Origin: a virus
Strand: one strand, 5' to 3'
DNA length: 64,000 nucleotides
Virus record (IMG/VR): IMGVR_UViG_3300002835_000030
Coordinates: 64,649 to 128,648 of that record
The notes under the pieces are model-generated. The model had not been told where the DNA came from, did no database searches, and was given only the letters and a program-made list of their open reading frames with translations. Below, in pieces: positions 9,589 to 19,400 of the stretch (position 1 is the first letter of the stretch; the number at the start of each line of letters is the position of its first letter). The translations under genes and the position numbers were made by a program.

Positions 9589-9721
9589 TAACTACTATCA
9601 GAATCTACTTAACGAAAAATTATTCTTAGTAAAAAACGGATTTTCTTATCAAGATGTTATGATAATGCCTTCTCACGTAAGAAAGTATTACATTAAATAT
9701 TTGTTCCCAAAGGAAGAATAA
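9542..9721 (+). CDS. Overlapping +1-frame ORF (gp51-like / chaperone frameshift extension)
   Basis: Open from 9542 to TAA 9719-9721: ...GLFGILKYDNYYQNLLNEKLFLVKNGFSYQDVMIMPSHVRKYYIKYLFPKEE. The FSY.D...MP...R..Y pattern is typical of this family. No ATG before residue ~40. Confidence 0.65.
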   Translation, partial: TPFLELEGLFGILKYDNYYQNLLNEKLFLVKNGFSYQDVMIMPSHVRKYYIKYLFPKEE

Positions 9722-9757
9722 TATATTTTAACGCATATTTATATAATAAATGTAGGT

Positions 9758-10231
9758 ATGGAAAATTCATTAAAAAAATATATTAATGTTATTAACGACA
9801 TCAATTTAACTATTGAAACTCTTTGTGAACAATCTGATGAAAAAATAAAAAGTGATATCGGTGAGTTAAGGGGTGAGATTTCATATCTACGTAATTTATT
9901 TTATGAAAAACAAAATACTAGTATCGACTTTAAAAATATAACTATAAGGTTTTTAGGTGAATATGAATTAACATTACCTAAATACGGTGTGGAGTCTTTT
10001 GATAGAACATTAAAAGGTGAAATGTATTTTAAAGTTATTGGAGGTAATAATCAATATATAGATATAAAAACAAATAGTTTCCCTAATACCTTTAAAATTA
10101 GACTTCATTATAAAACCTTAGTAGAATATAACAAACAAAGAGGTGATGCGTTTTTAATATACCAAAGAGGGACACAATACTTAGAAGGTGAAGAAACTAA
10201 AATTAATTTTACTATAATTAAAAAATCATGA
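9758..10231 (+). CDS. Hypothetical protein
   Basis: 157 aa ORF preceded by ATATTTATA at 9735-9743. Confidence 0.6.
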   Translation: MENSLKKYINVINDINLTIETLCEQSDEKIKSDIGELRGEISYLRNLFYEKQNTSIDFKNITIRFLGEYELTLPKYGVESFDRTLKGEMYFKVIGGNNQYIDIKTNSFPNTFKIRLHYKTLVEYNKQRGDAFLIYQRGTQYLEGEETKINFTIIKKS

Positions 10232-10350
10232 ATGTAATATTATTTTTAAAAGATAGGTTAAAAAAAATTGAAGAACAATCTATAGAAATTGAGAAAAGGT
10301 TGAAGAAGGAGGAGTTATTAAAAAAAAATGATAAAAATAATAAAAAATAA
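10228..10350 (+). CDS. Small Lys/Glu-rich ORF (40 aa, not in the ORF track)
   Basis: ATGA overlap with the upstream stop; MNVILFLKDRLKKIEEQS...; ends 11 nt before the tape measure gene. Confidence 0.4.
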   Translation: MNVILFLKDRLKKIEEQSIEIEKRLKKEELLKKNDKNNKK

Positions 10351-10361
10351 TATTATGGAAT

Positions 10362-12416
10362 ATGGCTTGTGATCCTTCAGTTTTTGATCCCTCAAACACT
10401 AATTTTGGTGAACAAATTAGATGTTTAAGAGAAGAAGTCTCAGAATTAAGAAAAGAAATAGATAGGGCAGCAACTTCTACAGGAAATTTTTCTTCTAAAT
10501 TAGGTAGTACTTACATCATTTTTACGGGCATGAAAGATGCGGTAAAAGAGTTGAAAAATAGTATGAATGAGTTTACCAAAAATACACAAGCACATTATGA
10601 TTTATCGGAAAAAATTGCAGAAAGTTACAAAGAAGTAGGTTTGAGCATAGGGTTAGCAGTTGGTAGGTCTAGAGGATTCGCACAAGCATTTAAAGGTGGT
10701 GTCGCAGAAGTCGCTAGGTTTGGTGGTAGTATAGAGGATGTTAAGGGTATATATAGTGATTTTGCGGATTCTTCTGGAAGGGTTAGAATTTTAGGGAAAG
10801 ACGAGGTTAAAGAAATATTTCGTTTAGGTGAAGCAGCAAATTTAGTGGGTAGTGAATCTGCATCCCTTTTTGAAACCTTTGATTTAATGGGTATTGGTTT
10901 TGAAAAGGCTGGTGATTATTTAGAAAATCTAATCATAGAGTCCCAAAGTATAGGTTTGAATTCATCTAAAGTTGCAAAAGTATTATCTCAAAATATAGAT
11001 AGAATGCAAACATATTCATTCGCTAACGGTGTTAAGGGTATGACCCAAATGGCAAAACTAGCAGTTAAAATGAGAATGGATGTGTCAGATATGTTAGGTA
11101 TGTCAGAAAAATTTTACGAACCTGAAGCGGCAATAGAGGCCGCGGCAAATCTACAAATGTTAGGTGGTGATATCGCAAAGGCATTTGGGGATCCTTTTGA
11201 AACAATGTATTTGGCTAGAAATAAACCTGAAGAATTAGCAGAAAGAGTTAGTTCTATGGTTGAGAATATGATCACATTTAACGAAAAGACAGGAGAATAT
11301 GAATTTCCCCCAGAAGCTAGAATGCAACTTAAAGCAGCTGGAGATCAATTAGGTATTAATGTCGATAAGATGATTGAGATGGCTAGACAGTCAGCAAAAA
11401 TTGGTGACGTTAAAGATAAACTTAATATGTCGGGTTCAGCTTTTTCTGAAGACGAGATGGATGCTATTGGTAGTATGGCTAGAATGAGTAAAGATGGAGG
11501 GTTTGTAGTTGACATATACGATGAAAATGGAGAAAAACAAACTAAAGCAATTGAAGACTTAACATCCGGAGATTTAAAAATGTTGGTTCAACCACCTAAA
11601 GACGAACAAGACTATATGACTAAAATGATTGATAATTCTATGACGACAAATAGATTATTAGCTTCAATAAACGACTCTTTTCAAAAACAATTCGTAGAAG
11701 GTGTTGACATATATCAGATGTATGAACAATCGTCTAAACAAACCCTTATTGCGACTAGAGATTTAGTTAAAAAAAGTATTGAAGGAGTTATAGACGAACA
11801 GAAGACAAGTTTAGTAGGTACACTTGGAACTATGACTGTAGATACGTTTGCGGCAATAGACGAAAAAATTGCGTCAGGTATAAGATCTATGGATGATATT
11901 TTTAGTCAAGACTTAGATATAGACTCTTCTGGGATAATAAATATTTCATCTCCTTCTACTAGTATAAACTTATCTGAAGGTGGTGGAGGTAGTTCATCAT
12001 CATCTATTAATGCATCACAATTGGGGGCATGTAGTGCAAATGGTGGGAAATTTATTAATGGAAAATGTATAGGACCTGATGGCGCAGTGATTGAAATGGC
12101 GAAAGGTGGTATTGTGACTAAACCTGTAAACGCTCTTATTGGTGAGGGTGGAGAATCAGAGGTGGTTTTTCCTTTAAGTAAATTAGAAAATTTTATACAG
12201 ACACAAAAAATGGGTGGTAAAGTTACTTTAGAAGGTAATCCTACTATAACACTTAATATAAATTCTAATGGGTCAGATATTAGTTTCTCAGAACAAGATA
12301 AAATAAAAATGAAAGAATCTATAATTAGTGTTGTAACCAAAATGTTTAATAATGGTGGGTTACCTGATGGTGCTAACATACCACAAGGTTCAAAAGGGTT
12401 TATCCAAACCATATAA
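10362..12416 (+). CDS. Tail tape measure protein
   Basis: Ala/Gly/Met-rich helical composition; PEAAIEAAANLQMLGG; C-terminal MAKGGIV...ALIGEGG.SEVV.PL motif; follows the chaperone. Confidence 0.75.
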   Translation: MACDPSVFDPSNTNFGEQIRCLREEVSELRKEIDRAATSTGNFSSKLGSTYIIFTGMKDAVKELKNSMNEFTKNTQAHYDLSEKIAESYKEVGLSIGLAVGRSRGFAQAFKGGVAEVARFGGSIEDVKGIYSDFADSSGRVRILGKDEVKEIFRLGEAANLVGSESASLFETFDLMGIGFEKAGDYLENLIIESQSIGLNSSKVAKVLSQNIDRMQTYSFANGVKGMTQMAKLAVKMRMDVSDMLGMSEKFYEPEAAIEAAANLQMLGGDIAKAFGDPFETMYLARNKPEELAERVSSMVENMITFNEKTGEYEFPPEARMQLKAAGDQLGINVDKMIEMARQSAKIGDVKDKLNMSGSAFSEDEMDAIGSMARMSKDGGFVVDIYDENGEKQTKAIEDLTSGDLKMLVQPPKDEQDYMTKMIDNSMTTNRLLASINDSFQKQFVEGVDIYQMYEQSSKQTLIATRDLVKKSIEGVIDEQKTSLVGTLGTMTVDTFAAIDEKIASGIRSMDDIFSQDLDIDSSGIINISSPSTSINLSEGGGGSSSSSINASQLGACSANGGKFINGKCIGPDGAVIEMAKGGIVTKPVNALIGEGGESEVVFPLSKLENFIQTQKMGGKVTLEGNPTITLNINSNGSDISFSEQDKIKMKESIISVVTKMFNNGGLPDGANIPQGSKGFIQTI

Positions 12417-12449
12417 TAAAAAAATTTTTAATTTATTTTCATTTTACTA

Positions 12450-12478
12450 TTGACTTTTCAATAAAAATTACCTATTAT
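12450..12478 (+). promoter_or_regulatory. Sigma70-like promoter TTGACT-N17-TATTAT
   Basis: Hexamers at 12450-12455 and 12473-12478; same hexamers and spacing as the promoter at 24004. Confidence 0.6.
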
Positions 12479-12609
12479 TACCAGGACTAGTATAAGCAAT
12501 AATTTATACAAGTTTTCAAATAAATAATAATAAATCAAGTATAATAATTATTATTTAATCTTCCTGAATTTTATTGATGTAATATTTATATAATAAGAAA
12601 TAATTATAT

Positions 12610-15600
12610 ATGGCAGGAATATTAGACTATCAAGGGATATTTTATCAACAAGGTATACTATCAACACAACAGTTTAGAAATAGTTTACTTAACAGAAATT
12701 TACCGCCACCTGTTAATGAAACATTAACCCAATCTGGATTAGTATCTAAATTAGATGATATTGGTAAAGTCATTAATGTACCTATATTCGGTACAGGAGA
12801 TGAAAATATACCTGTTCATTATAATGAGGATGAAAGAATGTTTGGTTTGGGAACCTTTTTCAGAACTACACAGAATGTCAATTTAAACCCATATGTACCA
12901 CAAGATGATAATTATGTTACTTATGAATTAACAATCCCTCCTGTGTTACCTAAACCACAACCTGAAGGGTTTGGTGAAAAAGTAAAGAGTCCTTACCCAA
13001 CATCGTATTCAGTAGAAAGATTTGATTTAATCAATAAAGGGGATAAAAAAGGTGTCGGTTTTCCATTTAATGTAATTGATAAATACAGATCATTAAATTT
13101 TCAAAAAGAAAGTTCTATTGGTCTTGTTGGTGGTCAACAGTTGGAGAAAACAATAATTGATAAAATATCGCAAGTTGAAACTGTTCAAACTAATAGTATT
13201 ACAAATCCAATTGGGAATGTAAAAGATAATTATGTTAATACTTTAAGGGGAAACAACCCACCCTTTATCATTTTACCAAATGACGCTATAGGTTGGAATG
13301 AATATAATACAAGTAATAAAATAAATGGTGGATCGACTGATGAAGGTGAAGGTGTAGAACCAACAATGGGTACTGAAATCAGAATGAAAACTTTGTTAGG
13401 AAGAACAGGTATTAATCAAGTTAAGTTCGCGTTTGATTTATTAAATAGAAATTCGTATAGACCTTTATATGAAGATAGTAGATTTGTTGGTACATCAGAT
13501 GAAGGTACTAATGGAAGATATTATATTGGTAATGAAAAAAATACTAATAGGGGTTCATTAATTACTAAAACTTTCGACAGTTCAGATTTCAATGGTGAAA
13601 TAGATACACCGGGAAATATACAAAGAACATCCATTGAGGGGATTTCGGAACCGTTTGGAGAACCAAATAAGTTTTTTTGGACTACTGGCGGTGAACAAAA
13701 CTTTAATGAAAAAACGTTATTATATAAAACACAACAGTTGGTTAATAATAATCAGGATAGTGTGTTTATTAATCAAACTAGAAAGTTTTTTAAAGACAAA
13801 AAACAAAATAGATTAATTAGTAGAGGTAACGCAATTGGGGAGATTGAGTTGATAGATCTTTTATCCAATGGAAATTATTGTAGAGTATGGACTGTTAACG
13901 ATAGATATAATTATTTAAGGGCAATAAGAAATACTGGTTTATTCACATCTGAAAATGGACTTAATGGGTTTTCTACTGATACAAAAGAAAAAGAAAAAAG
14001 TGTTTTATTGGATAGTGGAATTCCAAAGTATCACCCAACGAAATTAGATTCTACCACCACTAGAAAGAGATTTATGTTTTCAATAGAAAATTTAGCGTGG
14101 GCAGATAATTTGGCGGATTTACCTATTAGTGAAATAGGACCTGGAGATGTATTGAGTGGTAATAAAGGGAGAATTATGTGGTTTCCACCTTATGGGTTAA
14201 CCTTTGACGAAAGTTCAAGTACAAATTGGACTTCAACTGATTTTATCGGTAGAAGTGAACCTGTCTATACCTATAATAGCACAACTAGAAGTTCATCGAT
14301 ATCATTTAAAATATTAGTTGATCACCCAAGAGTTATTAATGGTTATAGAGGTAAAAGTAATAATCTTATTGAACGTTTTATGGCGGGTTGTGTGACACCT
14401 GAAGATTTTTTAAGTTCTTTAGATTCTACAGTATCACAATCTACAAAAGAAGAAGTCCTAAAAAAACTTAAAGAAAAAAAATCACAAAAGGCTACTAACT
14501 TAGAAAAAATAACAGATACTGGTACTATAAATTATGTATGTCCCCCCCTCAAAAGTGAATGTGATTTAAGTGAAAAAGTATATAATGATTCTGAATTAAC
14601 TGATATAACAGATCAAATTCAAGATTTTTTAACTAAACAGGCAACCACTTCTGATCCAGAAATTAAAATAACTATAGATGGATATTATGGTGAAGATGAA
14701 AATATTGCAAAAAGTAGAGCAAACGCAATAAAAGAAAAACTTATAAGTTCACTGGGTAGAAATAATATTAAATATGTGACAAATGCGGTTGTAGAAAACG
14801 CACAAAAAGTAGAAGTTACATGGGAAAACGATCCTGATAATTCTAAATCTGCACAACCAAAAGAAGAAGAAAAAGAAAATGCTACGGGTACTTATGACCC
14901 TGAAGAAGTTAAAGCCATTGATAGTTTGTTAATAGATGAAAGTACGTATTTTGATTTTATAGATGGTAATTACCCTAATTATTTCAAAACTATATCAGAA
15001 AAGATTAAGTATTTCCAACCAGGATTTCATAGTATAACACCTGAAGGTTTAAATAGTAGATTAACATTCCTTAACCAATGTATGAGACAAGGACCAAGTA
15101 TATACGATAAGGGTGCGAATATACAACCTCAGAATTTATCTTTCGGTAGACCACCGATATGTATTCTTAGGATAGGTGATTTTTTTCACACAAAAATTGT
15201 GATAAATAGTTTATCTATAACTTATGATGGCCCACAATTTGATTTGAATCCTGAAGGTATTGGTGTACAACCTATGATTGCAACAGTACAATTATCTGTT
15301 AATTTAATTGGTGGACATTCTTTAGATGGACCGATTAATAGATTACAGAATGGAGTTTCATTTAACTATTATGCAAATACTGAAATATATGAACCGAGGG
15401 CAGATTACATACAGGATGGTAAATTAAATGATGGTATTAAATTAAGTGAGATAAGAAAAGATATTTTAGGTGAGGCAGGATTAAATCAGTTAGTAAAAGA
15501 TTTAAAAGAGGAAGGTACTGTAAAACAAGAAAAAGACGCAGAAGAGAATACAGATGATACGGATGGAAATGGGGACGATGTTTTGGAAATAATAAGTGAT

Positions 15601-16068
15601 GGTAAATCAATAATAACTATTAAAACTAAAGATGGAAATAATCCTAAAGATGTTATTGTAAAAGGTAGTGATCCTAACCCTTCTAATAAATTAGGGTATG
15701 AATTTAATAATTTAGATGAAACATTAAATAATGTTAATGGAATATCAGGTAGTACTGTTGATATAAATGTTAATTTTAAGACTAATAATTTGGTTGACCC
15801 CACTGATTTAGGTACCGCAGAATCTACTCTTAGTGGTGCTTCACAAACATTAGAAACTGCAAAAACTAATTTCAAAACGTTTAAAACAGAACCTAATAAG
15901 AAGGCATATGAAGATGCACAGACTAAATATAATGAAGCAAAAAAGGATTTAGATGAAGTCAAAAAAGATAAAAAGGATACTATTAAAGTTACTGCGTTTT
16001 TAACCGAAAATAAAAGTAAAACTAGAAAAGTCAAAACATTTACAATAACAAGTCAGGGGTTAACTTAA
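12610..16068 (+). CDS. Tail/baseplate protein with tube-initiator-like domain and an OmpA-like insertion
   Basis: WFPPY.LTFDE...NW...FIGR.EPVYTY..T.R...SFK and RPP.C.LRIGDF..TK..I.SL.I.YD halves flank ITIDGY...ENIAKSRANAIK. Confidence 0.6.
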   Translation: MAGILDYQGIFYQQGILSTQQFRNSLLNRNLPPPVNETLTQSGLVSKLDDIGKVINVPIFGTGDENIPVHYNEDERMFGLGTFFRTTQNVNLNPYVPQDDNYVTYELTIPPVLPKPQPEGFGEKVKSPYPTSYSVERFDLINKGDKKGVGFPFNVIDKYRSLNFQKESSIGLVGGQQLEKTIIDKISQVETVQTNSITNPIGNVKDNYVNTLRGNNPPFIILPNDAIGWNEYNTSNKINGGSTDEGEGVEPTMGTEIRMKTLLGRTGINQVKFAFDLLNRNSYRPLYEDSRFVGTSDEGTNGRYYIGNEKNTNRGSLITKTFDSSDFNGEIDTPGNIQRTSIEGISEPFGEPNKFFWTTGGEQNFNEKTLLYKTQQLVNNNQDSVFINQTRKFFKDKKQNRLISRGNAIGEIELIDLLSNGNYCRVWTVNDRYNYLRAIRNTGLFTSENGLNGFSTDTKEKEKSVLLDSGIPKYHPTKLDSTTTRKRFMFSIENLAWADNLADLPISEIGPGDVLSGNKGRIMWFPPYGLTFDESSSTNWTSTDFIGRSEPVYTYNSTTRSSSISFKILVDHPRVINGYRGKSNNLIERFMAGCVTPEDFLSSLDSTVSQSTKEEVLKKLKEKKSQKATNLEKITDTGTINYVCPPLKSECDLSEKVYNDSELTDITDQIQDFLTKQATTSDPEIKITIDGYYGEDENIAKSRANAIKEKLISSLGRNNIKYVTNAVVENAQKVEVTWENDPDNSKSAQPKEEEKENATGTYDPEEVKAIDSLLIDESTYFDFIDGNYPNYFKTISEKIKYFQPGFHSITPEGLNSRLTFLNQCMRQGPSIYDKGANIQPQNLSFGRPPICILRIGDFFHTKIVINSLSITYDGPQFDLNPEGIGVQPMIATVQLSVNLIGGHSLDGPINRLQNGVSFNYYANTEIYEPRADYIQDGKLNDGIKLSEIRKDILGEAGLNQLVKDLKEEGTVKQEKDAEENTDDTDGNGDDVLEIISDGKSIITIKTKDGNNPKDVIVKGSDPNPSNKLGYEFNNLDETLNNVNGISGSTVDINVNFKTNNLVDPTDLGTAESTLSGASQTLETAKTNFKTFKTEPNKKAYEDAQTKYNEAKKDLDEVKKDKKDTIKVTAFLTENKSKTRKVKTFTITSQGLT

Positions 16069-16073
16069 TATAG

Positions 16074-16397
16074 ATGGGAAAAGAATATTACGACAGATAT
16101 CAAAAATTTAAAGTTAATGGTTCATATAAACCATTACCGTTTATAAAATTAGATACTAAACCTACAGATAAAACTGTTGTTTATAGGTCACAGTTTAGTA
16201 GATTGGATAAACTAAGTCAGATATACTATGATAATCCATATCATGGATGGTTAATTTTATTGGCAAACCCACAATATGGTGGTGTAGAAGAAAATATTCC
16301 TGATGATGAAATTATTGTGATTCCTTTTCCATTCAGAGATAGTTTACAAGTGTATATTGATAAAGTAGAAGAATATAAAACTTTATATGGTATTTAA
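16074..16397 (+). CDS. LysM-like baseplate wedge protein (gp53 / tail X-like)
   Basis: RLDKLSQIYYDNPYHGWLILLANP...IP...I.IP. Confidence 0.75.
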   Translation: MGKEYYDRYQKFKVNGSYKPLPFIKLDTKPTDKTVVYRSQFSRLDKLSQIYYDNPYHGWLILLANPQYGGVEENIPDDEIIVIPFPFRDSLQVYIDKVEEYKTLYGI

Positions 16398-16411
16398 AAA
16401 ATAGTTTTTTT

Positions 16412-19400
16412 ATGGCAGAGAATGGAGTAGAAGAGATTGGAAGGGTATTTGTTGTTGACCCCAACCCAATTCAGAATGATATTATACCACCTGAAGATAT
16501 GTTTATATACGTTAAATTTTCGGCGTATCCTAAAAATAGAGTAACATATAATGGAGACAGTTTTGATATTAGAGGTGTTGAAGATGAAGTTAATTTTATA
16601 TCAACAAAAATAAGATATAATAATGATGGAAAATTAGATCCTAATCCACAACAAACATATGCAACTACTGATTGGACAAACATAGGTGGGTTTAAAGGTG
16701 AAGATACTAGAAGTTCCGGAATTTTAGAAGGTTTCGGTATAAAATCTATTAACATAGTATATAACGCTAGTTTAGTACCAGTAGTAGATATAACATTTAC
16801 AGATGTAAGGGGTAGTGCGTTATTCGATATTTTAGGTAATGATGATATTAGATCACCATATTCTATATTTTTTAAAATGCCTTATCCTGTTTTCAAACTT
16901 TCAGTAAAAGGTTATTTCGGTCAAAAGGTAGATTATTGTCTACATATGACTAATTGGAATTCACAATTTGATGGTTCTACAGGTAATTTTGATATTAGTG
17001 CAAATTTTTTAGGTTTCCAACAAGCGTTTCTTAATGATATGGTAATTGGAAATATTGTTGGTGTTGTCAATACAAAAGAGGGGTATGGTAAATTAAATGA
17101 AATTTATGATAGAACCGATTCAAACTTTGGTTTAAGTTCTAGTGGCGACGGTAAAAGTTTAGAGGAATTACAAAGGGTAGGTAAGTTAAATATAAGAAAA
17201 TTAGATGATTTTTTTATAAGAATTTCAAAACTAAAAGTAGAATCAGAATCTTTAAAAGATGATTTAGATACATTTAAAACGTTAAAATTTTTAAATGGTA
17301 AAAAAAGTATACTAAAAGAATTACAAACATTTATAGGTCCACCGATTGAAAAAGAATCCGATCCAACCGATCAATCTAATAATGACGGAACAACTAAAGA
17401 TTATCTAAAAATAAACAATAGTATTAAAAAAATAGAAACTAGTGGTATAAATGATAGGTTATTAGAATTAAAAAAAAATTATTTTTCTATTAGGGATTAT
17501 CTTTTAATTAATAGTATATCTATTGGCAATTTTAAAAATTATATTATTACATTAAATGATATTGTTACTAAATATAATGAATATATTACTGACGATAGAA
17601 ATCAAGAATATACTAATACAGATAGTTTAACTAATCTTTCTAAATCTGCTGGAAATAAATCAATATCTAAAGGTAAACTATTAAGTGATATTATATCCGA
17701 TGTTACCACCTATTTAAATACACCAAAAGACAAACAGTTTATTGAACTATTTAAAATAGATGATAATAGTGAGGATAAATGGAAAAATTTTGTAATTGAC
17801 TCCCAAAAACCAAATGATGAATTGATTTTAAATCAATCTTTTTCATTACAGAATGTTTTATCCTATATGGTTGAAAGAGGAGATGAAATATACTTGAAAA
17901 AAAATTATAAAGGTGGTAATGATGTTAACAATAATTTCGATATAAATAATTTTAATAAAGAAGTCTCAAATGGCACATATTATAATCCCAATATGTTACG
18001 TGATACTGTTGTGGTTGTTGCAGATTTTAGAGAAATTAGGGAAAAACTTGAAAATGAAATACAATCTTTAGAAAGTATTATAAAATCACAACAACAAATT
18101 GTACAAGAAGACTTAAATGAGAAATTATTTAACAAATCTAATGATTCTGAGAATGAGTTCAAACCCACAATAAAAACTTGTTTTGAGGTGTTGGCGAATA
18201 ACACACAAGCAATGGTTGAAACGATTTATGAAATAACTAAATCTAGCGAAAATTTAGGTTCACAAAGAAATAGTTTAATTAAAGGTCGACAAACTGATAT
18301 CCCTGAAACGTTATTAAATAGTTTGTCTGAAAATAATAAATCTATTGCGTGGCCTTCTTTCTATACCGATGTTAGTGGAAATGAACCACAAAAAGAAATT
18401 TATATTGGTGATGTACAGGGTGTAACTAGAACTAATTTCCCTGAGTATGATTTTGTTGAACGGGTATTCGATAATTTCATATCAAAAAGAGAAGAGTTAC
18501 AACAAATTACTAAAACTAGTGTATTGAATAATGGTACTGATACGGACAATTGGTTTCCTATTAATCCTATGGATTACGATGTTAATCCATTTTTAAAATT
18601 GAGGTTTTTAAATTCGGAACCGGAAATTATTGAATATTTTACGGAACAAATGTTAACTAGAATTGCGTTATGGCAAAATTATTCTAATTTTGATACAACC
18701 ACAGGTGGATCATTTGAAGATTACGCAAAATTTGACGCAATTAATGCGTTTGAAACCGTAAACGTAAATAATCAGACAGTTTTAGTTATTAACAAAATAA
18801 TTGATAGAATAAAAAATGATGGAGATAAATTTGGTGCGAATAGTTTAATAGGTCAAACAAATTTTTTTAAAAATATTGTTGTTGGGGATGATGGTGTTAT
18901 AACATATGCATTAAAAGAAGGTGATGGGGTACAACCAAAGATAGGTAACATTGAGTTCGGGTTAAATTACAATAATGCAAACATAGATTACATTTTATTT
19001 GATAATAAAGAAATTATAAACAACTCTAGTAAACTTTGGGATAAAATACAAACATCAAATGAATACAAAAAATTTTTTCCTAATGACCAAAGTAAGTTTA
19101 CTAAAAAAGAATATAAAGGTGATTTAATATATGAAACTAAATATGTTGCAAGTAATAATCTATATACTAATAATATATATAATGTTTGGGGTAAATCAAT
19201 AGGTAACAATCTATTAAAATCATCAAATATTGAATCAGAAAATAACATAACTACATTTGGAAATGTAATATTAGAAAACATAGATAAAAAATTATCTTCT
19301 GGTGATACGACAGGAATTTATTTGAATAAAACATACTTTACTGATGACACCGAAACCACCTATGAAGAAACTTTTACCGGTGGAAAATTTTATACCCAAC

